A stretch of 48,216 bases of DNA from the NCBI GenBank assembly GCA_035641075.1, contig DASQUW010000029.1, forward strand, positions 1-48,216, written 5' to 3'. Numbering within the stretch: position 1 is the first letter of the stretch; each line of letters opens with the position of its first letter. Shown in pieces: positions 27,540 through 35,348 of this stretch. The notes under the pieces are model-generated. The model was given only the letters and a program-made list of their open reading frames with translations. It did no database searches and was not told the DNA's origin. Made by a program: the position numbers and the translations under genes. Source of the DNA: Actinomycetota bacterium. GTDB taxonomy: Bacteria; Actinomycetota; UBA4738; CALAEC01.

Positions 27540-27663
27540 CCGCCCATTCTCGCCAAGGATCAGTAGTTTGGTGATTCTTCCGACCGTTGACCCCGGATAT
27601 CGAGGTTATTCGTCGTCAGAAGGCGGGTGGGGTGGTCACAGGGGAGTGGGCTAGAGTCGCGCG

Positions 27664-28326
27664 GTGACCTCCCATCTCGACGTGGTTTTCCTGGACGTCG
27701 GCGGGCCCATCTACGGCGACCGCCCCTACTACGAGGCGTTGTGGAAGGCGATCGCTGAGGCCCGACCGGAGGCGTCCGAGTCGGAGTTCTGGGAGGAGTT
27801 CGACGCCTGCCGACGCGACCAGAAAGGGCCGTTCACCCGTCGCCTCGTGCTGAAGTTCCTGCCGCCCGGTGACCTGCACCGGGTGATCGACCGGGGACGC
27901 GAACTTTGGGAGTACCCTCCGGATTCGCTGCGACCCGACGTCCGGCCCGCGCTGGAAGCGTTGCAGGAGAACTACCGCATCGGCGTCCTGGCGAACCAGG
28001 AGCGGTGGATTCGACAGACGATGAGCCGTGACGATCTCGACCGGTTCTTCGATATCTGGATCATCTCGGCTGAGGTCGGAGTGGAGAAGCCCGATCCTCG
28101 AATCTTCGAGGTTGCCGTGGAAGCCGCCGACGTTGCCCCGTCGCGTTGCGCGATGGTGGGGGACCGGTTGGACAACGACGTCGTCCCGGCCAAAGCCCTG
28201 GGCATGCGGGGCGTATGGCTCCTTCGAGGAGAGGCCCCGGACGACCCGACTCCTGATCAGATCGCCCGCGTCGACGCCGCGGTTCGATCGCTTGCCGAGC
28301 TTCCTCGAGCACTGGGGCAGCTCTAG
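27664..28326 (+). CDS. HAD-superfamily hydrolase
   Basis: 220 aa with a GTG start. Motif I-like is VVFLDVGGPIY and the motif III/IV region is MVGDRLDNDV. Confidence 0.7.
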   Translation: MTSHLDVVFLDVGGPIYGDRPYYEALWKAIAEARPEASESEFWEEFDACRRDQKGPFTRRLVLKFLPPGDLHRVIDRGRELWEYPPDSLRPDVRPALEALQENYRIGVLANQERWIRQTMSRDDLDRFFDIWIISAEVGVEKPDPRIFEVAVEAADVAPSRCAMVGDRLDNDVVPAKALGMRGVWLLRGEAPDDPTPDQIARVDAAVRSLAELPRALGQL

Positions 28327-28913
28327 GCCCGAGGTGATCCGTGTCTCGACCGGCGGAGGAACGTGCCTCCCGCGACGAGCACTCCGAATCCAACGAGCGC
28401 GCCAAGCGTGCCCGGCTCGACCCCCTGTGTCGCTTCCGCACCCGGGGCCGCGGCAGCAACCCTCTCAGCCGGAGGCTCTGCGGGGAGACCGTTTGCCCTC
28501 AGTGCGCTCATCAGCGACCGATCCGCCGGAGTCCAACCACCGGGCACCTGGCGTATCCGACTCCAGTCGTGCCAGGTCTGCCCCGAGGCGGTGAACACCC
28601 ACGGGCCTCCGGGGGCCCAGGGATACAGGTCATGAACGATGCGATCCATCATGAGGCCGCGAGCATGATGGCCCTCGAGCCACTGAGTGACCATGTACCG
28701 CGGGCCGAGAGCCCCATCGGGGGAGTGTAAAAGCCTGCGGCAATGATTGGAAAATGTGCACCCGACGCGAATCTCAGTATTCGGCAGCTCAACCGGCTCG
28801 ACCAGCCCGGGGCCATCGATGACCACACGAACCACGAACTTCGCCTGTGCCGGAAGGGGGATCATCATGAGGCCGGCGACGATGGCCGCCGCGAGAGCAG
28901 GGGAGCGTCTCAT
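28323..28913 (-). CDS. secreted hypothetical protein with C-terminal TM/basic tail (PEP-CTERM-like)
   Basis: 196 aa. The signal peptide is MRRSPALAAAIVAGLMMIPLPAQA. The C-terminus is GVEPGTLGALVGFGVLVAGGTFLRRSRH. SD GGAGGT lies 5 nt upstream of the ATG. Confidence 0.55.
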   Translation of the reverse strand: MRRSPALAAAIVAGLMMIPLPAQAKFVVRVVIDGPGLVEPVELPNTEIRVGCTFSNHCRRLLHSPDGALGPRYMVTQWLEGHHARGLMMDRIVHDLYPWAPGGPWVFTASGQTWHDWSRIRQVPGGWTPADRSLMSALRANGLPAEPPAERVAAAAPGAEATQGVEPGTLGALVGFGVLVAGGTFLRRSRHGSPRA

Positions 28914-28918
28914 CGTTC

Positions 28919-28963
28919 ACCTCCGATCTTCCGAGGTAGTTACACCGCCGGCCTATCGGAGGT
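28919..28963 (-). promoter_or_regulatory. SD-sequestering hairpin between the CBS gene and the secreted-protein gene
   Basis: On the minus-strand RNA, 5'-ACCUCCGAU, a 27-nt loop, then AUCGGAGGU-3' form a 9-bp stem. The 3' arm is the GGAGG Shine-Dalgarno of the 28913 start. No U-tract follows. Confidence 0.4.
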
Positions 28964-28966
28964 TCC

Positions 28967-29419
28967 CTATTCCTTGCGCTTCGCCTCCATCGCCGCGCTG
29001 AGCGCGGCCTGGCTCCGTTCCATGTCCGGCAGCTCGTGTCCGCCTGTCATCTCCTCGACGGCCCAAGACGTGAGGTCGCGGATCGAGATGATGCCGGCGA
29101 GCTCTCCCTTCTCGACCACCGGAAGGTGGCGGATACGGCGTTCGGCCATGAGCTTGGCGGCCTCGGCGATATCCGTCCGCGGCTCAACGGTGGTGAGATC
29201 GGTGGTCATCCGGTCGCTCACGCGGACCTCCTTCGGGTCGAGGCCGTCGGCCACGACGTTCACGAGATCCCGCTCGGTCACGATCCCCGCCGGGCCCTTG
29301 TCACCCTTGATGATGACCGAGGAGATGCCGTTGTCGTGAAGGATCTTCGCCACTGCGGCGAACGTATCGTTGGGATCACCCGTCTTGACGTCCTTGGTCA
29401 TGATGTCGCCAACCTGCAT
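28967..29419 (-). CDS. CBS-domain pair protein
   Basis: 150 aa with two CBS repeats (VGDIMTKDVKT... and VSDRMTTDLTTV...RHLPVV). Confidence 0.9.
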   Translation of the reverse strand: MQVGDIMTKDVKTGDPNDTFAAVAKILHDNGISSVIIKGDKGPAGIVTERDLVNVVADGLDPKEVRVSDRMTTDLTTVEPRTDIAEAAKLMAERRIRHLPVVEKGELAGIISIRDLTSWAVEEMTGGHELPDMERSQAALSAAMEAKRKE

Positions 29420-29460
29420 GGGTACCTCCTCGCGGTTCGCCGTCTATGAGCGCGACCAGC

Positions 29461-30387
29461 CTACACGGTCGCCGTCAGCGCCAGCCAGAGACCGTAGAGG
29501 CCGAGGACGAAAACGCCGAGGATTCGCCCCGCGCGACCTCGTGACAGGAATGCGGTGGACACGACGGCGTACAGAAGCGCCATCCCAAGGAACGCGGCGT
29601 TGGCTGCGCCATCCACATCCAGGGGTCGCACGAGCGCGGCCAGCCCAAGCACTCCCGTCGTGAACGCGGCGAGCGTGCCGAACAGGTTGCCGGTGGCCAG
29701 ATCGGGAGTGCCCCTGCGGATGGGCAAGATCTCGAGCAGCACTTCGTCGAGACTGGCGAGTGTGCCGACGATGGCGGCACCGATGAACCCGGCCGAGAGC
29801 GTGGTCCGATCGACGAGTCGAGCGCCTCCCGTAACCAGGAGCGTTGCTCCGACATAAAGCAGGACGAGACCGCCGACCGTGAGCAGTGCCAGCCGCTGGC
29901 CCGCTCCTTTGTCCGCCTCGCCCTCACGCGCTTCGGTCCGCTCCTTGGCGGCCGCGCCCTCGCGGATCACGAACACGAGGTACATGACGTAGAGGGCCAG
30001 GAGGAACGCTCCCTCCGGTCGGCTCACGAAGTGGTCGAAGAGTGCTGCTGCAGCAGCGGTCATGGACACGGCAGGCGCCACGACCATCATTGGCGGAGGA
30101 GCGGGAACCGGCTCGCGGGCAAGGATCAACGCCAGACCAAAGGCCATGCTGAACAGGAAGAGAACGGTGCCGAAGATCTCGCCAACGGCGATCTGCGTTT
30201 GTCCACGCCCCGCGGCCACGAGCGCCGTTCCGAGTCCCTCGATGTCGACACCGAACAGCACGGCTCCGAGGACGAACGCCGGAATCCCGGCCGCCCGTGC
30301 AAAGCGGGTCGCCCCACGCAGTGCGGTCTCCGCTCCTGCATAGAGAAGCACGGCTCCGACGGCCAGAAGTCCCAGAGCGGCGACCAT
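29461..30387 (-). CDS. CaCA-family cation/Ca2+ antiporter (YrbG-like)
   Basis: 308 aa with about 10 TM helices and two internal alpha-repeat-like segments (GEIFGTVLF and TGNLFGTLAAF). Confidence 0.7.
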   Translation of the reverse strand: MVAALGLLAVGAVLLYAGAETALRGATRFARAAGIPAFVLGAVLFGVDIEGLGTALVAAGRGQTQIAVGEIFGTVLFLFSMAFGLALILAREPVPAPPPMMVVAPAVSMTAAAAALFDHFVSRPEGAFLLALYVMYLVFVIREGAAAKERTEAREGEADKGAGQRLALLTVGGLVLLYVGATLLVTGGARLVDRTTLSAGFIGAAIVGTLASLDEVLLEILPIRRGTPDLATGNLFGTLAAFTTGVLGLAALVRPLDVDGAANAAFLGMALLYAVVSTAFLSRGRAGRILGVFVLGLYGLWLALTATV

Positions 30388-30426
30388 TGGCGCGAACAGT
30401 AGTGGAATGCCCTAGGGTGAGGCTTT

Positions 30427-30475
30427 CCTTTTTTGGCAATGTGGGTGCGACGACGGACACGTTCGGCCAAAAAGG
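30427..30475. repeat. AT-rich inverted repeat in the CaCA/LuxR divergent spacer
   Basis: CCTTTTTTGGC (30427-30437) and GCCAAAAAGG (30466-30475) are complementary apart from one extra T. They are separated by 28 nt. Confidence 0.3.
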
Positions 30476-30507
30476 GGACTTTCAGGTCAGGTGGTTGCGG
30501 TGAAAGG

Positions 30508-30750
30508 ATGCCGCTGCTGGCGGATGAAAGGAGCGGCGAGATGCATCCTGAGGGGGCTGAGCTTACGCCGCGGCTCGTGGACGTTCTTCACCTCGTGGCC
30601 GAGGGGCGGACGACCGACGAGATCGCTCGAACGCTTGGGCTGAGCCCATACACGGTGAAGAACTACATGGAGCGAATCTTCGAGCGCCTCGGTGCCCGCG
30701 ACCGCGCCGAGGCTGTAGCGATCGCCCTCCGCTCCGGCCTGCTGAAGTAA
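30508..30750 (+). CDS. LuxR-family HTH-only (solo) regulator
   Basis: ATG 30508 follows GAAAGG. The 80-aa product has the LuxR C-terminal HTH LTPRLVDVLHLVAEGRTTDEIARTLGLSPYTVKNYMERIFERLG. The listed TTG 30433 start is less likely. Confidence 0.7.
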   Translation: MPLLADERSGEMHPEGAELTPRLVDVLHLVAEGRTTDEIARTLGLSPYTVKNYMERIFERLGARDRAEAVAIALRSGLLK

Positions 30751-30791
30751 CGGCCCGTCGCATCCGGACCAACGACCCGTAGGCTTCCCTC

Positions 30792-31838
30792 TTAGCCCTG
30801 CGGCGTGATCTCGGCGATCTCAGGGACGGGTTCGGTGCCGATCGGATAGGACGCCCACCATTCGAGGAATGCCGAGTCAGGCGCCGCCGGCCCGGGTCTC
30901 CTTTCCCACCAGCTCAGAACGGCCGTCCAGATTTCCTTCAGTGACACACCGGCGGTGGCGCGGATCTCCTCTACTGTGACTTCCGGGACTTGCAGACCCG
31001 GGGCAGCCCACGCGGAGGGATCGCCGAATGCCTGTTCCGATGGAACCACGCCGACCGCATTACCAAAGTGGTCGAGTAAGTGGATTGGCTCCCCAGGCCG
31101 AAGCGGAGGTGTCTGTAAGGGTGTTGGGATGGGCGGAGGGAAGGGAGGTGGAGCGGGGGCCAGTTGCGCCCGGGCAATCTCCCGACCTCCCACATCCGTG
31201 ATGATGATGTCTCCCACAAGACCCCCCGAAACTTCCGCCAATATGACCTTGAAATCTTCCCCCAAACTCCTAGGGAGTGACATAACGACGCCGGGGGTTC
31301 TCCCGCCGCTCTTGGATTCGACATGCACGCCTGCAGCTTCGGGCACAACTGCGCCGAAGATGACCTGTTGGCTGGCGGTCGTCCCGACCCAAGCTGAAGA
31401 AGTCTCGATGTTCTCGGCCTCCGGGACGGTGAAGCCTGCTGCACCCGAGGTGTGTCCACCAGAGGTAACTTCCAGTGCAACCCGTTGTTCCCGTTCTTCC
31501 CAGAGGGCGAACAGGTTCCAAGATTCGCCGTTTGTCTCACCGGAGGCGAGGCGGAAGTGTCGCGGGCCGACCTCTATCGGCGGGTCGAAGACGGTGAAGG
31601 TTGGCCGCGCGGGCGCGAGAAGGTCTCCGCCGATCTCTGGGCTTACGAAGGCGCGACTTGCGAGCACTGAGACAGAGATAAGTGCCGCGAGTGTTACACC
31701 CGCGAACATAACAGTTCGCGCCTGGCGCCGGCGGACTCGGCCCGAAACGCGTTCCGGCATCTCAAGCCTGGTCGGCGAGATGGCTTCGTCAGCCTTCCGC
31801 TCGAGGGTCGCTCGAAGCTCGTTCTCCAGATCTCTCAT
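30792..31838 (-). CDS. membrane-anchored hypothetical protein co-transcribed with the SigE-family sigma gene
   Basis: 348 aa from ATG 31838, which overlaps the sigma stop (ATGA). The N-terminal cytoplasmic segment is followed by an RRRQ motif and one TM helix (TVMFAGVTLAALISVSVLA). There is a Pro-rich linker APAPPPFPPPIPTPLQTPPLRPGEP. Confidence 0.6.
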   Translation of the reverse strand: MRDLENELRATLERKADEAISPTRLEMPERVSGRVRRRQARTVMFAGVTLAALISVSVLASRAFVSPEIGGDLLAPARPTFTVFDPPIEVGPRHFRLASGETNGESWNLFALWEEREQRVALEVTSGGHTSGAAGFTVPEAENIETSSAWVGTTASQQVIFGAVVPEAAGVHVESKSGGRTPGVVMSLPRSLGEDFKVILAEVSGGLVGDIIITDVGGREIARAQLAPAPPPFPPPIPTPLQTPPLRPGEPIHLLDHFGNAVGVVPSEQAFGDPSAWAAPGLQVPEVTVEEIRATAGVSLKEIWTAVLSWWERRPGPAAPDSAFLEWWASYPIGTEPVPEIAEITPQG

Positions 31839-32358
31839 TGCTCCTCGCTCCCCATCTCGTTTCGCAGCGTTTCCATGGCCCTGGCGACCAGGGATTTCAC
31901 GGCCGATACCGAGCATCGCAGCACCTCGGCGCTTTCTCTTTCGGAGAGGTCCTCGTAGAAGCGGAGAACAAGGGCTGCGCGCTGGCGCGCCGGGAGCTGT
32001 TGCAACCCAGCCCAAAGGTCCGCGCGCCCCGCGATATCGGGCATCGACTGAGCCGGCTCTGCCCTGGGATGCCGTGCGAGGTACGACCGCTCCAGTCGGA
32101 TCCTTCGTAGCCGCGTAGGTGAAGGTTCACGACCGTCCTCCGCAGGTACGAAGAGAAGGCCTCGGGATTCCTCAGGTGCTGGAACCTCCCGGCCAGACGG
32201 ATGAAGGCGTCCTGGGCCAGGTCCTCGGCGGCATCCCGGTTCCCGGTGAGCAGGTAGGCGAGACCCACCGCAGCGGGGGTGTGCCTGACGTAGAGTTCTT
32301 CCAGCCTCGCGGGCTGGGACTGGGCTTCCTCGACCAAGTGGACGCTCGCGTTCACCAC
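31835..32358 (-). pseudogene. SigE-family ECF sigma factor gene interrupted by a frameshift (equivalent to a 1-nt deletion)
   Basis: Region 2 (LEELYVRHTPAAVGLAYLLTGNRDAAEDLAQDAFIRL...YLRRTVVNLHL) is in the frame of ORF 31897-32358. Region 4 (TRLRRIRLERSYL...LPARQRAALVLRFYEDLSERESAEVLRCSVSAVKSLVARA) is in the frame of ORF 31835-32362. The switch lies near 32105-32135. Confidence 0.75.
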
Positions 32359-32399
32359 TCACAGTACTAGACGCTTGAACCGGCCCGCAGGTAGCGGTT

Positions 32400-33752
32400 C
32401 TAGTGGTCGCTCTTGCCGGTGAAGTTGAACGAGGAGATCTTCAGGGCCGGCACCCGCGAGGCGGAGAAGAAGAATTCGCTGGCAAGCTCGGACTCGCTGC
32501 CGACCAATTCCACGTCGCGCAGGGCCTCGATGATCGACTGAGTGAACCGGAAGTTCTTGACCGGGTACTTGATCTCGCCGTCCTCCACCAACCAGGTGCC
32601 GTCCCTGGTCATCCCGGTGATCACCGCCTCGGTGGGGTGGACGATATTGGAGTAATGGAACCGGGACACGAAGAGTCCTCGCTTCGTCGATCGGACCATG
32701 TCATCAACGGTCGCGGCGTCCGTTGCCATGAACAGATTGAGCGGGAAGGGACCTTCCGGGTTCGGCGGGGGTAATGCGTGGCCCGTGGACTCCACCCCAG
32801 CCTGCCTTGCGCTTCGCCGGTCGTGCACGCCGCCGAGCACCACTCCGTCTCCCACCAGATCCACCCGCTGCTTGGGAGTTCCTTCGAAGTCGAAGGGGAG
32901 GCCGAGGGTGAGCGGGGAGAGCGCGTCGTCGTAGATCGAGATCTTCTCGGACATCAGCTTCTCGCCGATCCGGCCGGAGAAGCAGGACTTTCCCTCCAGG
33001 ATCGACCGCCCTCCGAAACCCAGATAAGCCAGGAACGAGACGAGCGTGGCGACGGCGGCAGGCTCGAGCACCACCTCGTAGCGTCCGGCTTCCACGTCCT
33101 GGGGATCCTGGCTGTCCCTTGCCTTGACGAAGGCGCGCTCGCCGATAGACAGGGGGTCGATGTCGGCCGCCCTCGACGCCGCGACGTCTGCGAAGCCGGC
33201 CCCGCCCTGCCCTCCCGAGATCACCGTGTTCAACGTGGCCTGTGTGGCCAGCGCATAGCAGAACTGTCCCTCGGTGTTGACGATGGCAGCCTCGCTTGCC
33301 GTGGTGTCGTAGGCCCCCGCCGCGTGGAAGCCGTCTCCGCATCGAGAGACAAGCTGCTCCACCGCCTCGGCTCGCTCCTCGGGACTCGTCGCTGCGGTGC
33401 GAGCATCGAAAGCGTCGGGTCGCTTGGGCGTCTCGACCGAGGGAGCGAGCCCGGCGAACTGCGGATCGGGAGCGGCCGTCTCGGCCAGCTCCATCGCGCT
33501 CCTGGCAGCCTCGGCCGCTCCGTCCTTGGAGAAGTCGTTGGTGGCAACGACTCCGACCCGGCCCGCGGCCACCACCCGGACCCGAAGGCCGGTGTCCTCC
33601 CGCCAGGTGCTTTGGTGGATGGCCGAGTCGGCGAAGCGAGTGAGGCCACCCCACTCGTGAACGAACAGGACCTCCACGGCATCGGCGCCCGGAACTTCCT
33701 GCGCCGCTTCGGCGATGGCTCGAACACCATCGCGACCGACGGGCTCGGCCAT
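32400..33752 (-). CDS. pmbA: TldE/PmbA-family metalloprotease subunit
   Basis: 450 aa from MAEPVGRDG. The start overlaps the tldD stop by 1 nt (TGATG). PmbA_TldD family features run throughout. Confidence 0.9.
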   Translation of the reverse strand: MAEPVGRDGVRAIAEAAQEVPGADAVEVLFVHEWGGLTRFADSAIHQSTWREDTGLRVRVVAAGRVGVVATNDFSKDGAAEAARSAMELAETAAPDPQFAGLAPSVETPKRPDAFDARTAATSPEERAEAVEQLVSRCGDGFHAAGAYDTTASEAAIVNTEGQFCYALATQATLNTVISGGQGGAGFADVAASRAADIDPLSIGERAFVKARDSQDPQDVEAGRYEVVLEPAAVATLVSFLAYLGFGGRSILEGKSCFSGRIGEKLMSEKISIYDDALSPLTLGLPFDFEGTPKQRVDLVGDGVVLGGVHDRRSARQAGVESTGHALPPPNPEGPFPLNLFMATDAATVDDMVRSTKRGLFVSRFHYSNIVHPTEAVITGMTRDGTWLVEDGEIKYPVKNFRFTQSIIEALRDVELVGSESELASEFFFSASRVPALKISSFNFTGKSDH

Positions 33753-35191
33753 CAGCGCACTCCCACGCGCACGCCCCGGAACCGGGCGGGGGCGGTACCG
33801 TGCCCCACCCGGGCCACCTGGCCCGGCTGTCCCTTCCCGCAGTTCGGGGTCCCCCACATCGTCCATTCCTCGGGACCCGCGACGGCGTCGCAGGAACCCC
33901 AGAACTCGGTGGTGATCCCTGTGTAGTTGGGATTGCGGTACAGCTGGTCGAGCTTCCCGTTCTTGATCCGCCAGGCTATCTCGCAGCCGAACTGGAAGTT
34001 CACTCTCTTGTCGTCGATGGACCAGGACGAGTTCGTGGACATGAAGATGCCGTCCTTCGTTTCGCCGATGAGCTCGGCGAGGGTGCCCTCGCCGGGCTCG
34101 ATGCTGATGTTCGTCATGCGGATCAGGGGAAGGTTGCCCCAGCCGTCGGCCCGCATCGTCCCGTTCGACGTTTCGCCGACGATGGCGGCCGTCTCCCTGC
34201 TGGAGATGAAGTCGCGGAAGGTTCCGTCCTGGATCACGGTGACGCGCTGAGAGGGAACGCCCTCGTCGTCGTAGCCGTAGCTCCCGAGGCCGCCGGGGAG
34301 AGTGGCGTCCGCGGTGATCGTGACGTGCTCGGACCCGTACCGCAGCTTGCCTCGGTCCTCCAAAGAGAGGAAGGAGGTCCCGGCATAGGCCTCTTCCATC
34401 CGGAGTACCCGGTCGAGCTCGATCGGATGGCCGATGGACTCGTGTACCTGGAGCACCATCTGCGGGCCGTCGAGTACCAGCGTGGTCTCCTCGCTGGGAC
34501 AGTCAGGCGCCGAGATGAGTTCCACAGCCTCGGTCCCGATCCGCTCGGCCTCTTCGACCAGCCCAAGGGTTCGGATGTGCTCGTACCCGGCTGCGGAGAT
34601 GTGCCCTCGGAACGAATTCGGGAACGAGCGGCGCTGCAGCTCACCGTCGCCGATGGCCGTGGCCTCCAGGCCGCCGCCGGAGTGAAGGATGTCCTGCTGG
34701 ATGGCGGCCCCCTCGGAGGAGGCGAAGGAGGTTCGGCGCCGAAAGAAGTCGAGCGAGGATTCTGCGAACGACAACCCTGGAACCGCCTGCATCCGCCGGG
34801 AGGCTTCCATCAGGAGCGACACCTTCTCGTCGAGGGGGACGGTGAACGGATCTTCCTGGACGTGCGTGGCCCAGTCCGCGGTCACCGGCTCCACCTGCGC
34901 CAGGCGGACGGGGTCCCGGGGAAGGCGGGCTGCGGCCCGGGCGATGGACACCGCCAGTGCGGCCGTCCGGTCCACGTCAGCTTCGGTCGTCCGAGCCGAC
35001 GCGGCAAAGCCCCAGTAGCCGCCCACCAGCACCCGGACCCCGACGCCTTCGGAATGGGAACGGTCGATCCCCTCCATCTCCTGGTTCTTGACGGTGAGGG
35101 ACTCCTCTTCCTCTTCCACGTATCGCGCGTCCGCGTAGTCCGCTCCCGCCTGGCGGGCCGCGTCGACCGCGTACTTGACCAGTTCGAGCAG
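33752..35191 (-). CDS. tldD: TldD-family metalloprotease
   Basis: The HESIGHPIELD (HExxxH) motif is present. Homology begins at LLELVKYAVDAARQAGADYADARY. The only nearby initiator candidate is CTG 35191, which lies 6 nt after a strong SD GGGAGGAG, so the start is uncertain. Confidence 0.85.
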   Translation of the reverse strand: MLELVKYAVDAARQAGADYADARYVEEEEESLTVKNQEMEGIDRSHSEGVGVRVLVGGYWGFAASARTTEADVDRTAALAVSIARAAARLPRDPVRLAQVEPVTADWATHVQEDPFTVPLDEKVSLLMEASRRMQAVPGLSFAESSLDFFRRRTSFASSEGAAIQQDILHSGGGLEATAIGDGELQRRSFPNSFRGHISAAGYEHIRTLGLVEEAERIGTEAVELISAPDCPSEETTLVLDGPQMVLQVHESIGHPIELDRVLRMEEAYAGTSFLSLEDRGKLRYGSEHVTITADATLPGGLGSYGYDDEGVPSQRVTVIQDGTFRDFISSRETAAIVGETSNGTMRADGWGNLPLIRMTNISIEPGEGTLAELIGETKDGIFMSTNSSWSIDDKRVNFQFGCEIAWRIKNGKLDQLYRNPNYTGITTEFWGSCDAVAGPEEWTMWGTPNCGKGQPGQVARVGHGTAPARFRGVRVGVR

Positions 35192-35348
35192 GGCTCTCCT
35201 CCCTTGGCTCGGAAGGCGACAGAGTAGCGTGACGCAGTGACAATCGGCTACCGGGCCAATCGGGGATCCGGCCGGTGGGCATGTGCCCCACAGCGCTGCG
35301 CGGCCGCTGATCCCAACCGGTAAGGTGCTCCGGAATCGAGGAGGGCGG

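Noticed and set aside
32100-32140. Programmed ribosomal frameshift in the sigma gene
   Set aside because: No slippery heptamer and no downstream stimulatory structure is evident at the junction. A mutation or a sequence error explains it more simply. It is kept as a pseudogene finding.
32377-32400. GAACCG-n12-CGGTTC hairpin between the pmbA stop and the sigma gene start, considered as a terminator or ECF promoter
   Set aside because: The stem is only 6 bp with no U-tract. The spacing to any CGTC-like -10 does not fit an ECF promoter.
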